Part shown: one piece after another, positions 21,393 to 31,606 of the stretch | Numbering within the stretch: the stretch's first letter is position 1 | How the letters are laid out: each line of letters opens with the position of its first letter | Assembly: GCA_000826855.1 (NCBI GenBank) | Contig: JTLS01000096.1 | Span: forward strand, 1-32,008 | Origin: Basidioascus undulatus | Lineage: Eukaryota | Reading direction: 5' to 3' | Length of the DNA: 32,008 bases | The notes under the pieces: generated by a model | Databases searched by the model: none | The model's input: only the letters and a program-made list of their open reading frames with translations | What the model was told of the DNA's origin: nothing | Program-made: the position numbers and the translations under genes

Positions 21393-24075
21393 CTACCTCC
21401 CATTCCCCCTTGGCAAGCACCGATCAACCAGCAGGCCTTCGAACGATTCCCTGAGCGCATCGATCGTCCGGGGCGCGCTCGGACGTCCGCCCTCGACCGT
21501 GGGCCGCATGGGCGTGCTAGGCGGGGAAGAGGAGGGGGGTTCGTCATCTTCGACTGCGCGCGCCGAGGCCCGCACGACCGTCGTGTCTGCGCCGTAGCGC
21601 ACGGGACCAGACGAGGTCGAGGGCGTGATGGGGTTCTTGTCGATCTGATTGGGTAGGCAGGCGCGGCGGTGAGCGAGAGGACGCGGGAAACAGGAGCTGA
21701 GGAACGAGGGAAGTGCAAACGGAGAACGCACCATATCCTGCCAAGTCTTCAAAAAGACACCCGGGCCGACCTGGGTCCCCTCCTCTTCCTTTCCGCCCGG
21801 CGCCAGCAGGACGCGCATCTTTTCCCTGCTCTCGCGCGCTGCGCGCTCCATGTACTCTGCGTGCGTGTCGAGCTCCTCGCGCACTGCGGCCTGCGTGTCC
21901 GCGTCGAGGGCGCCGAAGAGCGCGAGGAGGTCGGGCGAGAGGTCGCCTGCTCCTCCTTGGGCGGCGTCGTCCGAAGGGGAGGAGGAAGAGGGAGGGGAGT
22001 TTTGGCGGTAGAGCGGGAGACAGTGGCGGTACCAGCCAAGGTAGGCTTTGCGCTGTAGGTGACGTTGCGTCGTGTTAGCGTGCGCGAACGGTGGGGAAAA
22101 GCGGGAGAAACAAGGGAAAGGCGTACCATCTCCGGCGAGTTCTTCGCCAGAGTATGCAAGAACCGATGCAAGTCTCCCTGGTGTCTCCCAAACAGCGCCA
22201 GGTAGCTCTTGGGCCCCTCCCGGCGCTTCGCAACCGCGAGCATGTCGTCCAGGAAGCTCTGGAGGTCGCGCAGCGCGGCGGAGAGGTCGACCGCCTTGTG
22301 CAGGCGCCGGATGAGCGGCTCGAACGCCTTCATTGCTGCGCGCACGCCCTCCGAGAGCAGGTCGGGCGTCGTGCTCGTTAGCGCTGTGAGGAGGCGGCTG
22401 CGATCGCGAATTGCGAGGTGGAGGGAGAGGTAGGCGAGGCTAAAAGCGGAGATGTGAGCTAGTAGAGGGGAAGGAAGGAGGGAGGGCACGGACAGGTTTG
22501 TATGGTCGGTTTCGGACTCGGTAGGAGGCGCGGACTTCAGGAGTAGGATGATAGCCACGATCGACTTCTCCTGCTCGGCTGTGTCCCCATCCAACGCAAT
22601 CGCACCGCACCCTTAGTCCCGCTCTTTCCAGCGAGCACGACGAAAACGAGACACACCGCTCTGCCGTCGAATCTCCATCCGTTCCTCCCGGGAAGCCTCC
22701 TCGACATACTTCAGGATCGCCGCGCGCTGCTCGGGCGTCCCGCACGGCCCGCTCGCGGACGACTCAAGCGCCTTCGTTTGCTTGATTAGGTTCGACTTGT
22801 CCTTCTCGAGGACGGAGGAGATGATCCTGAGAAATGAGAGGTAGGGGATGAGCGGGTGCGGTTTGGAGGGAAGGCGATGGAACGCACTGCTGCATTAGGT
22901 TCTGCCCCGACCCGAAGCCGAGTGCGCCGAGCAGTCCGCGGGAGAGGAAGATCTTGAGCACGCCGGAGACCATGGTTGCCGCGTTCTGTTCGTACAAGAC
23001 GGACACGTCAGCAAGGAGAAGACGAAGGGTGAAGTGAAGAGGAGAAATAAACGCACCGCGACTCGCGCCGCTTGCGCTACGAGCCCGTACGGTAGCAGCC
23101 CGTGCACGCGCTCAATGAGCGAGAGGGTCGAATGAGCGCAGGGCGATAGAGTGAGCATGTAGTGTAGGAAGCTTGCTAGACTGCGAGAAGAGAAAAGGAG
23201 GCCCTATCCATCGCGTCAGCGCCCAGTCTACGTCCACCAGGTCCGTTCGTATGTCCCGCTGTTTCGCACTCACGTAGCAGCCGCATACTGATGGCTTGCC
23301 CTGTACAAGCTCGGCAGCTCCTCGAGCTTGTCCGTCTTGGACACCCACGCAACGAGGTCCTCTGCGCCGTCGCCCCATACGAGCGACTGCAGGAAGTCGT
23401 CCCACGCCCGAAGGACGTCGTCGGGATCTTCGGGGTCGTACGGCGTGCGGTCGGTGGGCTCGGGTTTGGGCGAGGGGGTGCGGGAGGGGCCGGAACGGGT
23501 TGAGAAGCTGGGAGATGAGGAGGAACGGGGAAGACCGCCCAGGACACCGCGGAGAGCATATTCGGCCTGCAGGTGCAGATCGGGGCTTGTGAGGAGGGGA
23601 TGTGGAGAGGTGGGGAAAGGAAGACGAACCACTACGACCACCCCTTGCCCTAGGATCTTGCGCTTGCCGAGCAGACCCTTATCGTATGAATCTGACAGAT
23701 CCTACAGGACGCGCGAATCACTCAGTCCACCTCCATCTCTCCATCTCCGCGCCTGCGGTGTCTCCCGGTCCCGCAGTCTTGCGACAGACTCACCTGCTCC
23801 GCAAGCCTCTCCAGCAACCCCTGCACCTGCACACTCCACACCTCCTCCGGCGCGTCCCGAAACCCCGGCAAGCTAAGCGCGAGCTCGCGGAACATGTAGT
23901 TGAGGGCCGGACTGGGGCGCTGCTTGGGCGTGTCGGGGCCCGGCTTGAACGGAGGGCCGGAGCAGGATGTTCGGCCGGGGTACTTGAGCGACGTGAACTC
24001 GTGCAGGGTTTGCTGGTGCGTGAGGATGTCCAGCAGAGCGCTAAGCTGCGCGGACGTGAGTGCTGGGGCGGTCAT
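21393..24075 (-). CDS. PX-associated domain + DUF3818 family protein, 687 aa
   Basis: Exons 24075-23794, 23701-23630, 23566-23274, 23180-23057, 22985-22888, 22826-22657, 22578-22127, 22052-21732, 21644-21393 total 2064 nt, all GT-AG. Motifs: LTSAQLSALLDILTH..EF, DLSDSYDKG..GKRK, LASFLHY, HGLLPY..NAATM, GQNLMQQIIS, LIRRLHKAVDLS, GPGVFL..WQ. Confidence 0.9.
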
Positions 24076-24474
24076 CGTGCGGCAATTCGGAGGGAAGGCG
24101 GGGGGATATGGATGGGGTTGAGGACGCGATGGGAATAATGATATGTAGAACTGAAGTTGGTTTACGCGCGTGAGGGATTGCAACAGAAGAATGTAATGGC
24201 CTTTTGATGAGGGCCCGATAAGTATAGGTGGATAATGTAAGCCGAAGAGAAGGAAGTGGTCAAAGGGCAGGAGGCGATGGGCGGTGCACAGCCAAGGCAG
24301 GCATCAGGACCTGGACCGGCGAGGCCGAGAGAACGCTTGCCATATGCGAACGTCGTCATGCTGCCCCACAATCGCTGTGCCTGCAGCCTGGGTGACATAC
24401 AAAAAGCTGCGTTGGCTGTGCTGAGAACACACATTTTTATTGCTGTTACGACTGCGCATGCGGGGCGACGGGCC

Positions 24475-24482
24475 TTTATATA
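24475..24482 (-). promoter_or_regulatory. Candidate TATA box (TATATAAA)
   Basis: Perfect TATATAAA on the minus strand in a GC-rich context, about 400 nt upstream of the PX-associated gene ATG. Confidence 0.3.
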
Positions 24483-26190
24483 CCTCAAGCGGTAGTTTGG
24501 GATGCTCAGCGTGCCGCGCGTCTGCGATGGGTGCTGCAGAGTCGGGCTGTGAACTGCGACGTCTCCTTTGGTTTAGCCAGGAAATCAATAGCAATGCTGA
24601 GTCGGATAGCAAGACTGGTGCTACGGTTTCAGGAAGGGGTGGATTGTAGCCAAGCAGTTGGCGGCGGACATGCTGCGGGTCTGAATGCCATGTTTGCTTG
24701 GCACATAAGCATGAGGCGCCTTTGAACGGAAGGGTACAGCCAATACAATGTTCTGCTGTTACTGATGGTGATTTGCTCACCCTAGGAGAGCTTCGGTTGC
24801 GGAAGTAAACACTTTGGGATGGTGCTTACAAGCCTGTTGGAAGCTTGGGCGAGGGCCAAGCAAACCCATCGACAACGCAAGACATACCCTCGCTCAGGCT
24901 CCTAGCTCTTGCCCAACAGATGGTCAGTTTGAGAAGTCTTAACACCAAAGGTCTAACAGGAACAAGAAAAGGGAGACAATGGGAGGAGGACCATGCCCTT
25001 CAAGGTCAATTTTGCCAAATCGGCGCGCAAGCAGTCTCTGCAGCTTTCTTCAGAGACTTCAGAGAAGCGACTAGACGTCTGGGCATAAAATAGATTGTCT
25101 GGTGCGGAGGTATAAAACAAGGACTGTTCAATCCCTGTAACAGAAAATGTAGAAACCGGGTAAGCTGCAGTGTCTTCTTTCAACGTCGCCGCGGAACCCG
25201 GTCCGGGCTGCAAAATGTACTTTTTTGATGACTAAAGGAGACATTCCACTGGATTGTGTGAGCTGTTGAGTTTACCCAGCAGTTCATCGTTAGAATGCCG
25301 AACCTTGCACAAGAGTGCGAGAACGAACAACTCGCGAGTTTGAAACCCCGCAAGCGCCGCGATTCTTGCCTCGAGAGCATCAAGCCCAACAAGGCAAAAA
25401 TATTAGGGAGGGCCGAGAACACACCAAGTACTTCTAACACAAGACCGGCAAGCTGCAGACTCAAGTATGAGGGGAAGGCGGGCATGCAAGGGAACTGCGA
25501 GGGATTCGCAACCCTTCCCACTCCCTGTCCTCTTCCCAGAGAGTCTCCTGGGACAGAACTGTTGGCTGTTTACTGTAGGGATATCCCCAACCTTACACCT
25601 TCTCAGTGTCCCCACTCTCTTGACACGCCGCCTTTGCACAGCCAAACGGCACAGTGTCTCTCGCACTACCAGTTGCCACAGCTGCCACACTCGCACTTCT
25701 GCTTGGAACCCGTTGAAGGTTGTCTGATTCACCACGTACAATATAATGGGACCATTAAAAATCATTAGAAATTCCCGGTAGCTTACTCTTGCCCTATTCC
25801 CGCTTGTCCTGGCACATGCAGGCACTCACCGGCTTGGCAGCAATTTCTACACACCCCCGCTCCTCAAACGTGCTCCCTCCAGTTCCTAGGTATTCTAAAG
25901 GTTCAGGTCATAAACGATCGCTCCTGTAAGCGTCTGAGAAACCACTGGAAGAACACACCCGAAAGAGCGGAAATGGCACCTTGGACGCAGCCTCCTCACG
26001 TCCCGCGGTTGCGGTTGTAGGGTTCCCAGACTGTGTTATAGCCGTTCAGGGGGTTTCAATCTCATAACAATTACATCTGAATCCGAATATACTCATGAAT
26101 GGTAGACCGATGGGATACTCGCTTTGTTGTAGGTCATGAGGTGCATTTCTAATTAGTTAAAAAAATTTCTGTGAGAGTTTCCACAGAAAC

Positions 26191-26272
26191 TCTTTGGTAG
26201 TATAGTGGCTAGTATATCCGCTTGTCATTAACAATGGCGCGGGCGACCCGGGTTCAATTCCCGGCCAGAGAG
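26191..26272 (+). tRNA. tRNA-Asp(GUC) with a 10-nt intron
   Basis: Acceptor stem TCTTTGG/CCAGAGA plus discriminator G; A-box TAGTATAGTGG; anticodon arm TCCGC-TT GTC A-[TTAACAATGG, 26228-26237]-C-GCGGG; T-arm CCGGG-TTCAATT-CCCGG. Confidence 0.97.
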
Positions 26273-26276
26273 TATC

Positions 26277-26281
26277 TTTTT
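26277..26281 (+). terminator. RNA polymerase III terminator (T5)
   Basis: TTTTT 4 nt downstream of the tRNA 3' end. Confidence 0.8.
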
Positions 26282-27178
26282 GCTCCCCGCGTAGAATGCA
26301 CCATTGGTGCACTTTCTAGCATCGCTGGAGCCTGCAGTATTCGGATCACGCTTTATTTTGCTTTCTTCGAACCATCGCTTACCATGAGACCATGGCCTGG
26401 ATAAACCTCCACGTGGGTGGCTCGGGGCCACGGTGTCCGCTGCCAGTGCGCTCCAGGCACATGCTCCCGAGTGCAGTTAATGTTGATCCCCGGCGGCAGA
26501 CGGCTCGGTGTTCCAGAAGCTTGGCCTACACGCCAAGATGATTAACCTTGTGGGAATACCGTCGCGTGATGAGAGTGATCGAGCAAAGAGAGAAGCGGCC
26601 ACAGACTGATAAGCCGGATGGTGAAGGTTGAACCCGCGTTGGCTGCGGTATGTTTCCATCAAAATTTGCTCTGTTTCGCTATTTCTTATCCCATGTTTGC
26701 AAACCGATCCCCAATAGAATACCTGTTGGACCTTGGCCGTTCACCCGACCTTGCTCACAACTTCGACTGCTTCCGACCTCCCGCGTGCCGCAATATTTAC
26801 CTCGTTAGCGCTGCCAAGCGAGCTGCACGCGAGCGCCACGCTCAACTTTCTCTCTCGTTCGGTCGTCCCCTCAGTGATCAGCACGTAAAGGCCCCAGGCC
26901 TTTCGCAACTTTGCCGTGCAGATAACGCCACGGGTGCCGTATGCTGCTTGATACCGGCTCGGCTGTATCCCGTTTCCCATGTGCACACCAAGCTTTGCCG
27001 CATCGCCAAGGCGGGAGTGCACCTCGCATACCAGAAGAATATTGCACCATGCAACTTCACCGAGCCGAGAGAGCTCGCGTGCTCTCGCGATAGCAAGAGC
27101 GGCATTCGCCCCACACATAAGTGTGAAGTTCACTGTTGTCTGGGTCCCGCATCGTCCTTCCTGTTTTCTCTGCGCAAG

Positions 27179-29632
27179 ATGGTGAACGCCCTGCTCGCCC
27201 TAACACTCGCACCCTCGCTCGTCTCAGCCTCGCCGTTCGGATGGGCCAACTGGGGCAATTGGGGTGGTGGCGGGGCGTGGGACTGGTGGAAGCCGCGCCT
27301 TACGCCCGAAGCGTATCAGAAGGAGCTCACGCTCAACGGGTTGCTCACCCACTCGAGGGCACTCGCCAAGTTCGCGGCTCTCAATGGAGACAACCGGGCT
27401 TTCGGTGAGGCGTTGCTTGCTTTAGATTAAAAGGATCCTGTGCTCAAGAAATTGTTTTGGTCTTGATTGTTTTAGGAACCAAGGGCTACAACGAGTCTGC
27501 GGACTACGTCGAGTGGATTGTGCGTCTTTCGAGCGTTGCCTTGCCTGGGTTGGCAGCACATCATACTCATCCGCAGAGACGCCTGATTTAGGCCAAGAAC
27601 AGCGGTCTCGACGTTTACCGGCAGACTGTCATTTACCCCGCCTCTAGCATCTTCAGCAACTCGCTGGTGGTGGAAGAAACCAACATCACCAATTTAACGA
27701 CCTTGTGCATTGCATCTTCATTCGATCTCATCGCTGATGTGTCAAGAGCTGACAGGCTGTTCACAGCCAATGTCCGCGTTCTGGATTGCCCGGCTATTCA
27801 TTCGTTCCTCGGACTGACTGTACACTTCCACAGACTCCGCCGGCACTCCGCCCGAGGGTGTCACTGCACCTCTCGTGCTCATCCCCCAACTCGGCTGCAC
27901 TGCAGCGGACTACGCTGCTGTATCCCCCGCCGGGAAGATCGCGTTCGTCAAGCGAGGGAACTGTACCTTCATCGAAAAGGCACAGTTGGCTAAGGCTGCG
28001 GACGTCGCGGGAGTGGTGATCTTCAACAATCTGCGTGCGCCGACCTTTGTCTGCTTTCCTTTTGAGCTCCACTCTTTCTGACTAGCAGTCACTGCGCTGG
28101 GTTACTTTCCACAGCGGGCGGCCCAGTCGCCTCCCGAATCGACTCGAACTACTCGGCCAACCCCCCTACACTGTCTCTCGCACTCGAGAGCGCCGAGCCG
28201 ATCGTTGCGCGACTGAACGTTTCCGAGCCGGAGGAGGTCGTCGCGACGCTTCAGATCTCTGTGCTCAACGAGCAGCGGCCCGGCGACAACGTGATTGCAC
28301 AGACAAAGTGGGGAGACCAGGAGAAGGTCGTCTTTGTCGTACGTGCTTTCCGTGGAAAGTAGTAGTCTGGGTGCTGATCTGAGCGGAGCACAGGGCGCTC
28401 ACCTGGACTCCGTGCCGGCTGGGCCAGGCATCAACGATGATGGGGTGAGTTTTTCTTGACTCTCCTGGGATCGGCCGCTGAACCAAGTGGACTACAGTCA
28501 GGCACGGGAACTTTAGCCGAACTTGTCAAGCAGATCTCTCGCTTCCGCTCTGCAAAGAACGCTGTACGCTTTGCTTGGTGGTCGACCGAGGAAGTGGGGC
28601 TTGTGTGAGTGCTCTGAAAGTCTTGAACTCTGAATGCAAGCTGATAACACTGTCAATTGTGCAGCGGTTCGAAGTACTACGTTGAGCATTTGTCCCGTGC
28701 GTCATGTGTGCTAGCCGGTGGGCAGCAGGGCTGAGCTGAAATTGCGACTTTGTGACTATTAGAGGAGGAGCGGGCCAAGATCCTGGTTTACATAAATCTT
28801 GACGTAAATATTATTTCCAAATGTGCTACTCCGTCTATTGAGCTCCTTGCTGACCTATGCCCCTCCAGATGACTGCCTCGCCCAACTACAATACGTCCAC
28901 GATTCCTCTCAACTTTTCTTGTTCCATATCTGACACAGTCCTCCTCGGCTAGCACTCATCGGGATTCACGACGGAGACAATTCCACGGGCACCAATGACG
29001 CCCCCTCCCCGGCGGGCGGCCTCGCGCTCGAGGTCCTCTTCCAGAACCACTACGACAGCAAGGGGCTTCCGCACACAGCTTGTAAGATGGAAAAGTGTCT
29101 CTATTTGTGGGGAGAATTGCAGCTTACGAGACTTCACAGACGCTTTCACCAGCGGGAGCGACTACCGTGGCTTCCTCGACGCCGGCATCCCAGCCGGAGG
29201 GGTGGCGACTGGAGCTGGCGGACTGAAGACGGCTTACGAGGCGGAGCTCTTTGGCGGAGAGGAAGGGGTGGCCTAGTAGGTATCTCGGAAGCTGAATTTC
29301 CTCTGTACCGGCTAGCTCAAAGTGCTCTACCATTCAGTGACGAATGCTACCATCGACTTTGCGACGACATCGACAATCTCGCGCACGACGCGTATGTGTG
29401 GAATGCGCATGCAGTGGCGGATGTGATTGCTCAGGTGAGTGCATGCTCTTTGTGTCGACCTTTCCAGTATTGAGATAGTGGTGTCCAGCTGGCAAACGAC
29501 GCCTCTCCGATCGAGGAAGAGCAGGCGCTCGCGGCACGGGGAATCTCAAGAATGGCAAAGCGCGAGCCTGGACAGGAGGACTACGTCTCGTACCTCGGCC
29601 ACGTTTGCAACCAACCTCATGACGAACTGTAA
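27179..29632 (+). CDS. Secreted/vacuolar aminopeptidase Y-like M28 metallopeptidase with PA domain, 522 aa
   Basis: Exons 27179-27404, 27476-27519, 27592-27704, 27767-27771, 27834-28034, 28115-28338, 28394-28444, 28498-28604, 28665-28696, 28763-28803, 28869-28890, 28956-29081, 29140-29275, 29338-29434, 29489-29632 total 1569 nt. Signal peptide MVNALLALTLAPSLVSA; NRAFGTKG; PA motif GKIAFVKRGNCTF; Zn/catalytic motifs GAHLDSV, GINDDGSG, TEEVGLVGS, NLDMTASPNY, SDY, CYH. Confidence 0.95.
27767..27771 (+). other. 5-nt microexon (CCAAT) of the aminopeptidase gene
   Basis: Flanked by ..GCTGAC..TTCACAG and GTCCGC, between two 62-nt introns. Needed to keep frame: ACC TT|C CAA T|AC TCC = T-F-Q-Y-S. Confidence 0.85.
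28891..28955 (+). other. Putative non-canonical AT-AC intron (65 nt) with U2-type signals
   Basis: 5' end ATACGT, branch CTGAC at 28930-28934, 3' end ..TAGCAC. Removal gives MTASPNY-IIGI-HDGD. Confidence 0.7.
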
Positions 29633-29842
29633 CGGCCGAGGGTGCTGTTGGATGGTTTCGGTGGCTCGGTGAGGTTGGATTGGACGAAGCATGTCTTCGA
29701 AAGGATGAAAGTTGAAATGTCTTGATAAGAATGTAACTTCATAATCTTTTACGAGCGACTTTGAGCTGAGGCCTTGAGCGCCATTTGAGCGTGTCAGACC
29801 TTTGCACTCAAGGATAGTACGGAAGGCGCTCGGTAGGTGTTG

Positions 29843-31605
29843 CTAGCTTACTATGCATACTGAAGGATGTTGGAATACATGTTCAATCCGGAGCCACGAC
29901 GACATATCGACTCCCGCCTCAGACCGTTTCGCCTGCATACAACCCAACGACGTTGGGAGAACGTAGACTGTCTTTGTAAATGGACGCCGTCGATGCGTTC
30001 TGCTTAATTTCACCTTTCCCTTCATCACTGCACGTAGCCTGATGCGTCGGGCAACTATCACCGTCACCGGCACCGCCGCCGCAGTAACGCAGATGTTGAC
30101 CAAGGCTTGTGCAAACCTTCCTCGAAAGCCTCAACTCGAGTCCATATGTCGGGAGAGCAGGTATCGGGACTGAGTGTGGACGTACATGGACAGCTTGGCA
30201 ACTGCAAGGATAAACCTAATAGTGCTCGCCAGTTTGCAGCAGAAAGACAGTAGAGCAGTATAGATAGAGATTGTGAATGTGTCATTCTGCAAACATCAAC
30301 ACAGGCAGTTGCTCATTCTCGGAATTGGTCTCGCCCGCCCACATCGAAGACGGGACTTACGGATCGGGCCCCAAGTATCCAAAGGCGTACACGCCCGACG
30401 CGCCTTCGAAAGCTCCATCTAGCGGGACAGCCCAGGTCAACCCACGTGCGCAAAAAAGGGCAGGGCTATGAAAGTTCTCACAGAGAAGGAAGAGGATCAG
30501 AGAACGCAAATACTCCAGTCGATTACGCCGTCCACACGTTTGTCGAGAAGATGTTGGAACGATGACGCCAAACACCCCTAAGGACCGCGTTTGTCAAAGA
30601 GCTTTTTGGCAGCTAACTTCAAATAACTTACAAGTAGCAATGAAGCCCCCCCCCTAATATCAGGACTGCTCCCCAAGTGGCTCTGCTACGCCGGTTCCAG
30701 CGCGAAACATCCAGAAGAATCCCCCTGTAGCACAGATTTGGAGGGAAATGTGGATCAGACAAAGGCCAACCCGACAGATCGGTAGGGGAGAAATTCAATA
30801 TGCAGCGTACGAAACAGGAAGGATAGCAGCTGCTGCGACGCTCCGATGTAAGAAGGATTGCAGTCTAGAAGCCAGGTTCTCTAAAACTGACTTACCGCTC
30901 TTACCCGGACCGAATAGTAAGATCCATTCCAGCTCCAGACGTAGGCGAGGGAAAATTGGAAGAACTGCAAACCAAGGGCAGAAAGTGTATTAGCCTGTAG
31001 GGATGGAGGCGAGCAGACCAGCAAAGGCAATAGCAGTCTAGAACGGAAGTAGAGCAGGTTATTGTCAGATGAAAGTCTCACAGGAATTGTAAAACAGAGT
31101 TCATCGCACTGAGTGTCTCGTTCCTTCAGTACCACCTGCGCCAAAGCTGTCCATTCTTCTGCCCAAGTACGATTCTTGGGGATAACAACTTTAGTGCCGT
31201 CAGAGCTCAAAATAAGGCCACTGGTTTGATAAAATCATTAATGATGTGCGGGAAATGTCTAGTCCACAAACAGGTGCACTCACGGCCGGCACAACAGGCA
31301 GGCGAACGGCAGGCCACAAGCACCAATAGCGATTATAACAGCAGACGTTGCTGTGGTGGGTTTGCTTGAGCCTCAGCTGCGGGTTCGTCCGAACGCTTGT
31401 GGCACTATTTACTTGTTGAGATTGACTCTGCCACAGCCGTATTGGTAGATAATGCAAGGGCCACGATGCCTCCAACAGAGGCGCCGATTCTCTGGAGCGT
31501 GAAGTGAGAAGGTCGAGGACAGCTGCAGATCCCCTCCGCTCAACGACTCTGAGAAGGTATACCTTTTCTCCCTTCTTCCTGTTTCACTCTTCCGTCCCAG
31601 AGAGG
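29843..31605 (-). pseudogene. Decayed UNC-93-like (DUF895) MFS membrane protein gene, 5' half missing from the window
   Basis: Ordered motifs: EEGRKG, QRIGASVGGIVALALS, IIAIGACGLPFACLLCRP, SDGTKVV..TWAEE, WNGSYYSVRVRA, GILLDVSRWNRRSRA, IDWS, LFLLYGAFEG, QALVNICV..VP. Many GT-AG intron remnants, several frameshifts, and an abnormally short 31-nt intron (30895-30865) that leaves the frame broken. Confidence 0.75.
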
Positions 31606-31606
31606 A

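Noticed and set aside
24190..24440. SRP RNA candidate (TGTAATGGC near the start, T-run about 250 nt later)
   Set aside because: No recognisable helix-8 motif, an early TTTT, and a 3' arm too short to form the long helix 5.
24780..26100. Possible transposase or GATA-finger remnants (e.g. CHSCHTRTSAW, GMVLLPLSPFS)
   Set aside because: The motifs are incomplete and I found no terminal repeats, so no call can be supported.
26618..27178. 187-codon in-frame N-terminal extension of the aminopeptidase ORF
   Set aside because: The signal peptide begins at ATG 27179, and the upstream part lacks coding character and looks like promoter or UTR.
28895..28938. Canonical in-frame GT-AG alternative to the AT-AC intron
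   Set aside because: Only 44 nt, a weak GTCCAC donor, a branch point almost abutting the AG, and it inserts about seven residues into a conserved motif. Disfavoured but not excluded.
29843..29905. 20-aa ORF ending CIVS (CAAX), resembling a pheromone precursor; ORF 898-1227 similarly ends CVVG
   Set aside because: No repeated peptide units or pheromone-like context. The first lies in the tail of the UNC-93 pseudogene, and such endings are expected by chance among this many ORFs.
30888..30911. Walker A-like WILLFGPGKSGKS on the minus strand, suggesting an SF3 helicase or NTPase
   Set aside because: It is an alternative frame of the UNC-93 YYSVRVRA exon plus its GTAAGT donor, is bounded by stops, and has no Walker B.
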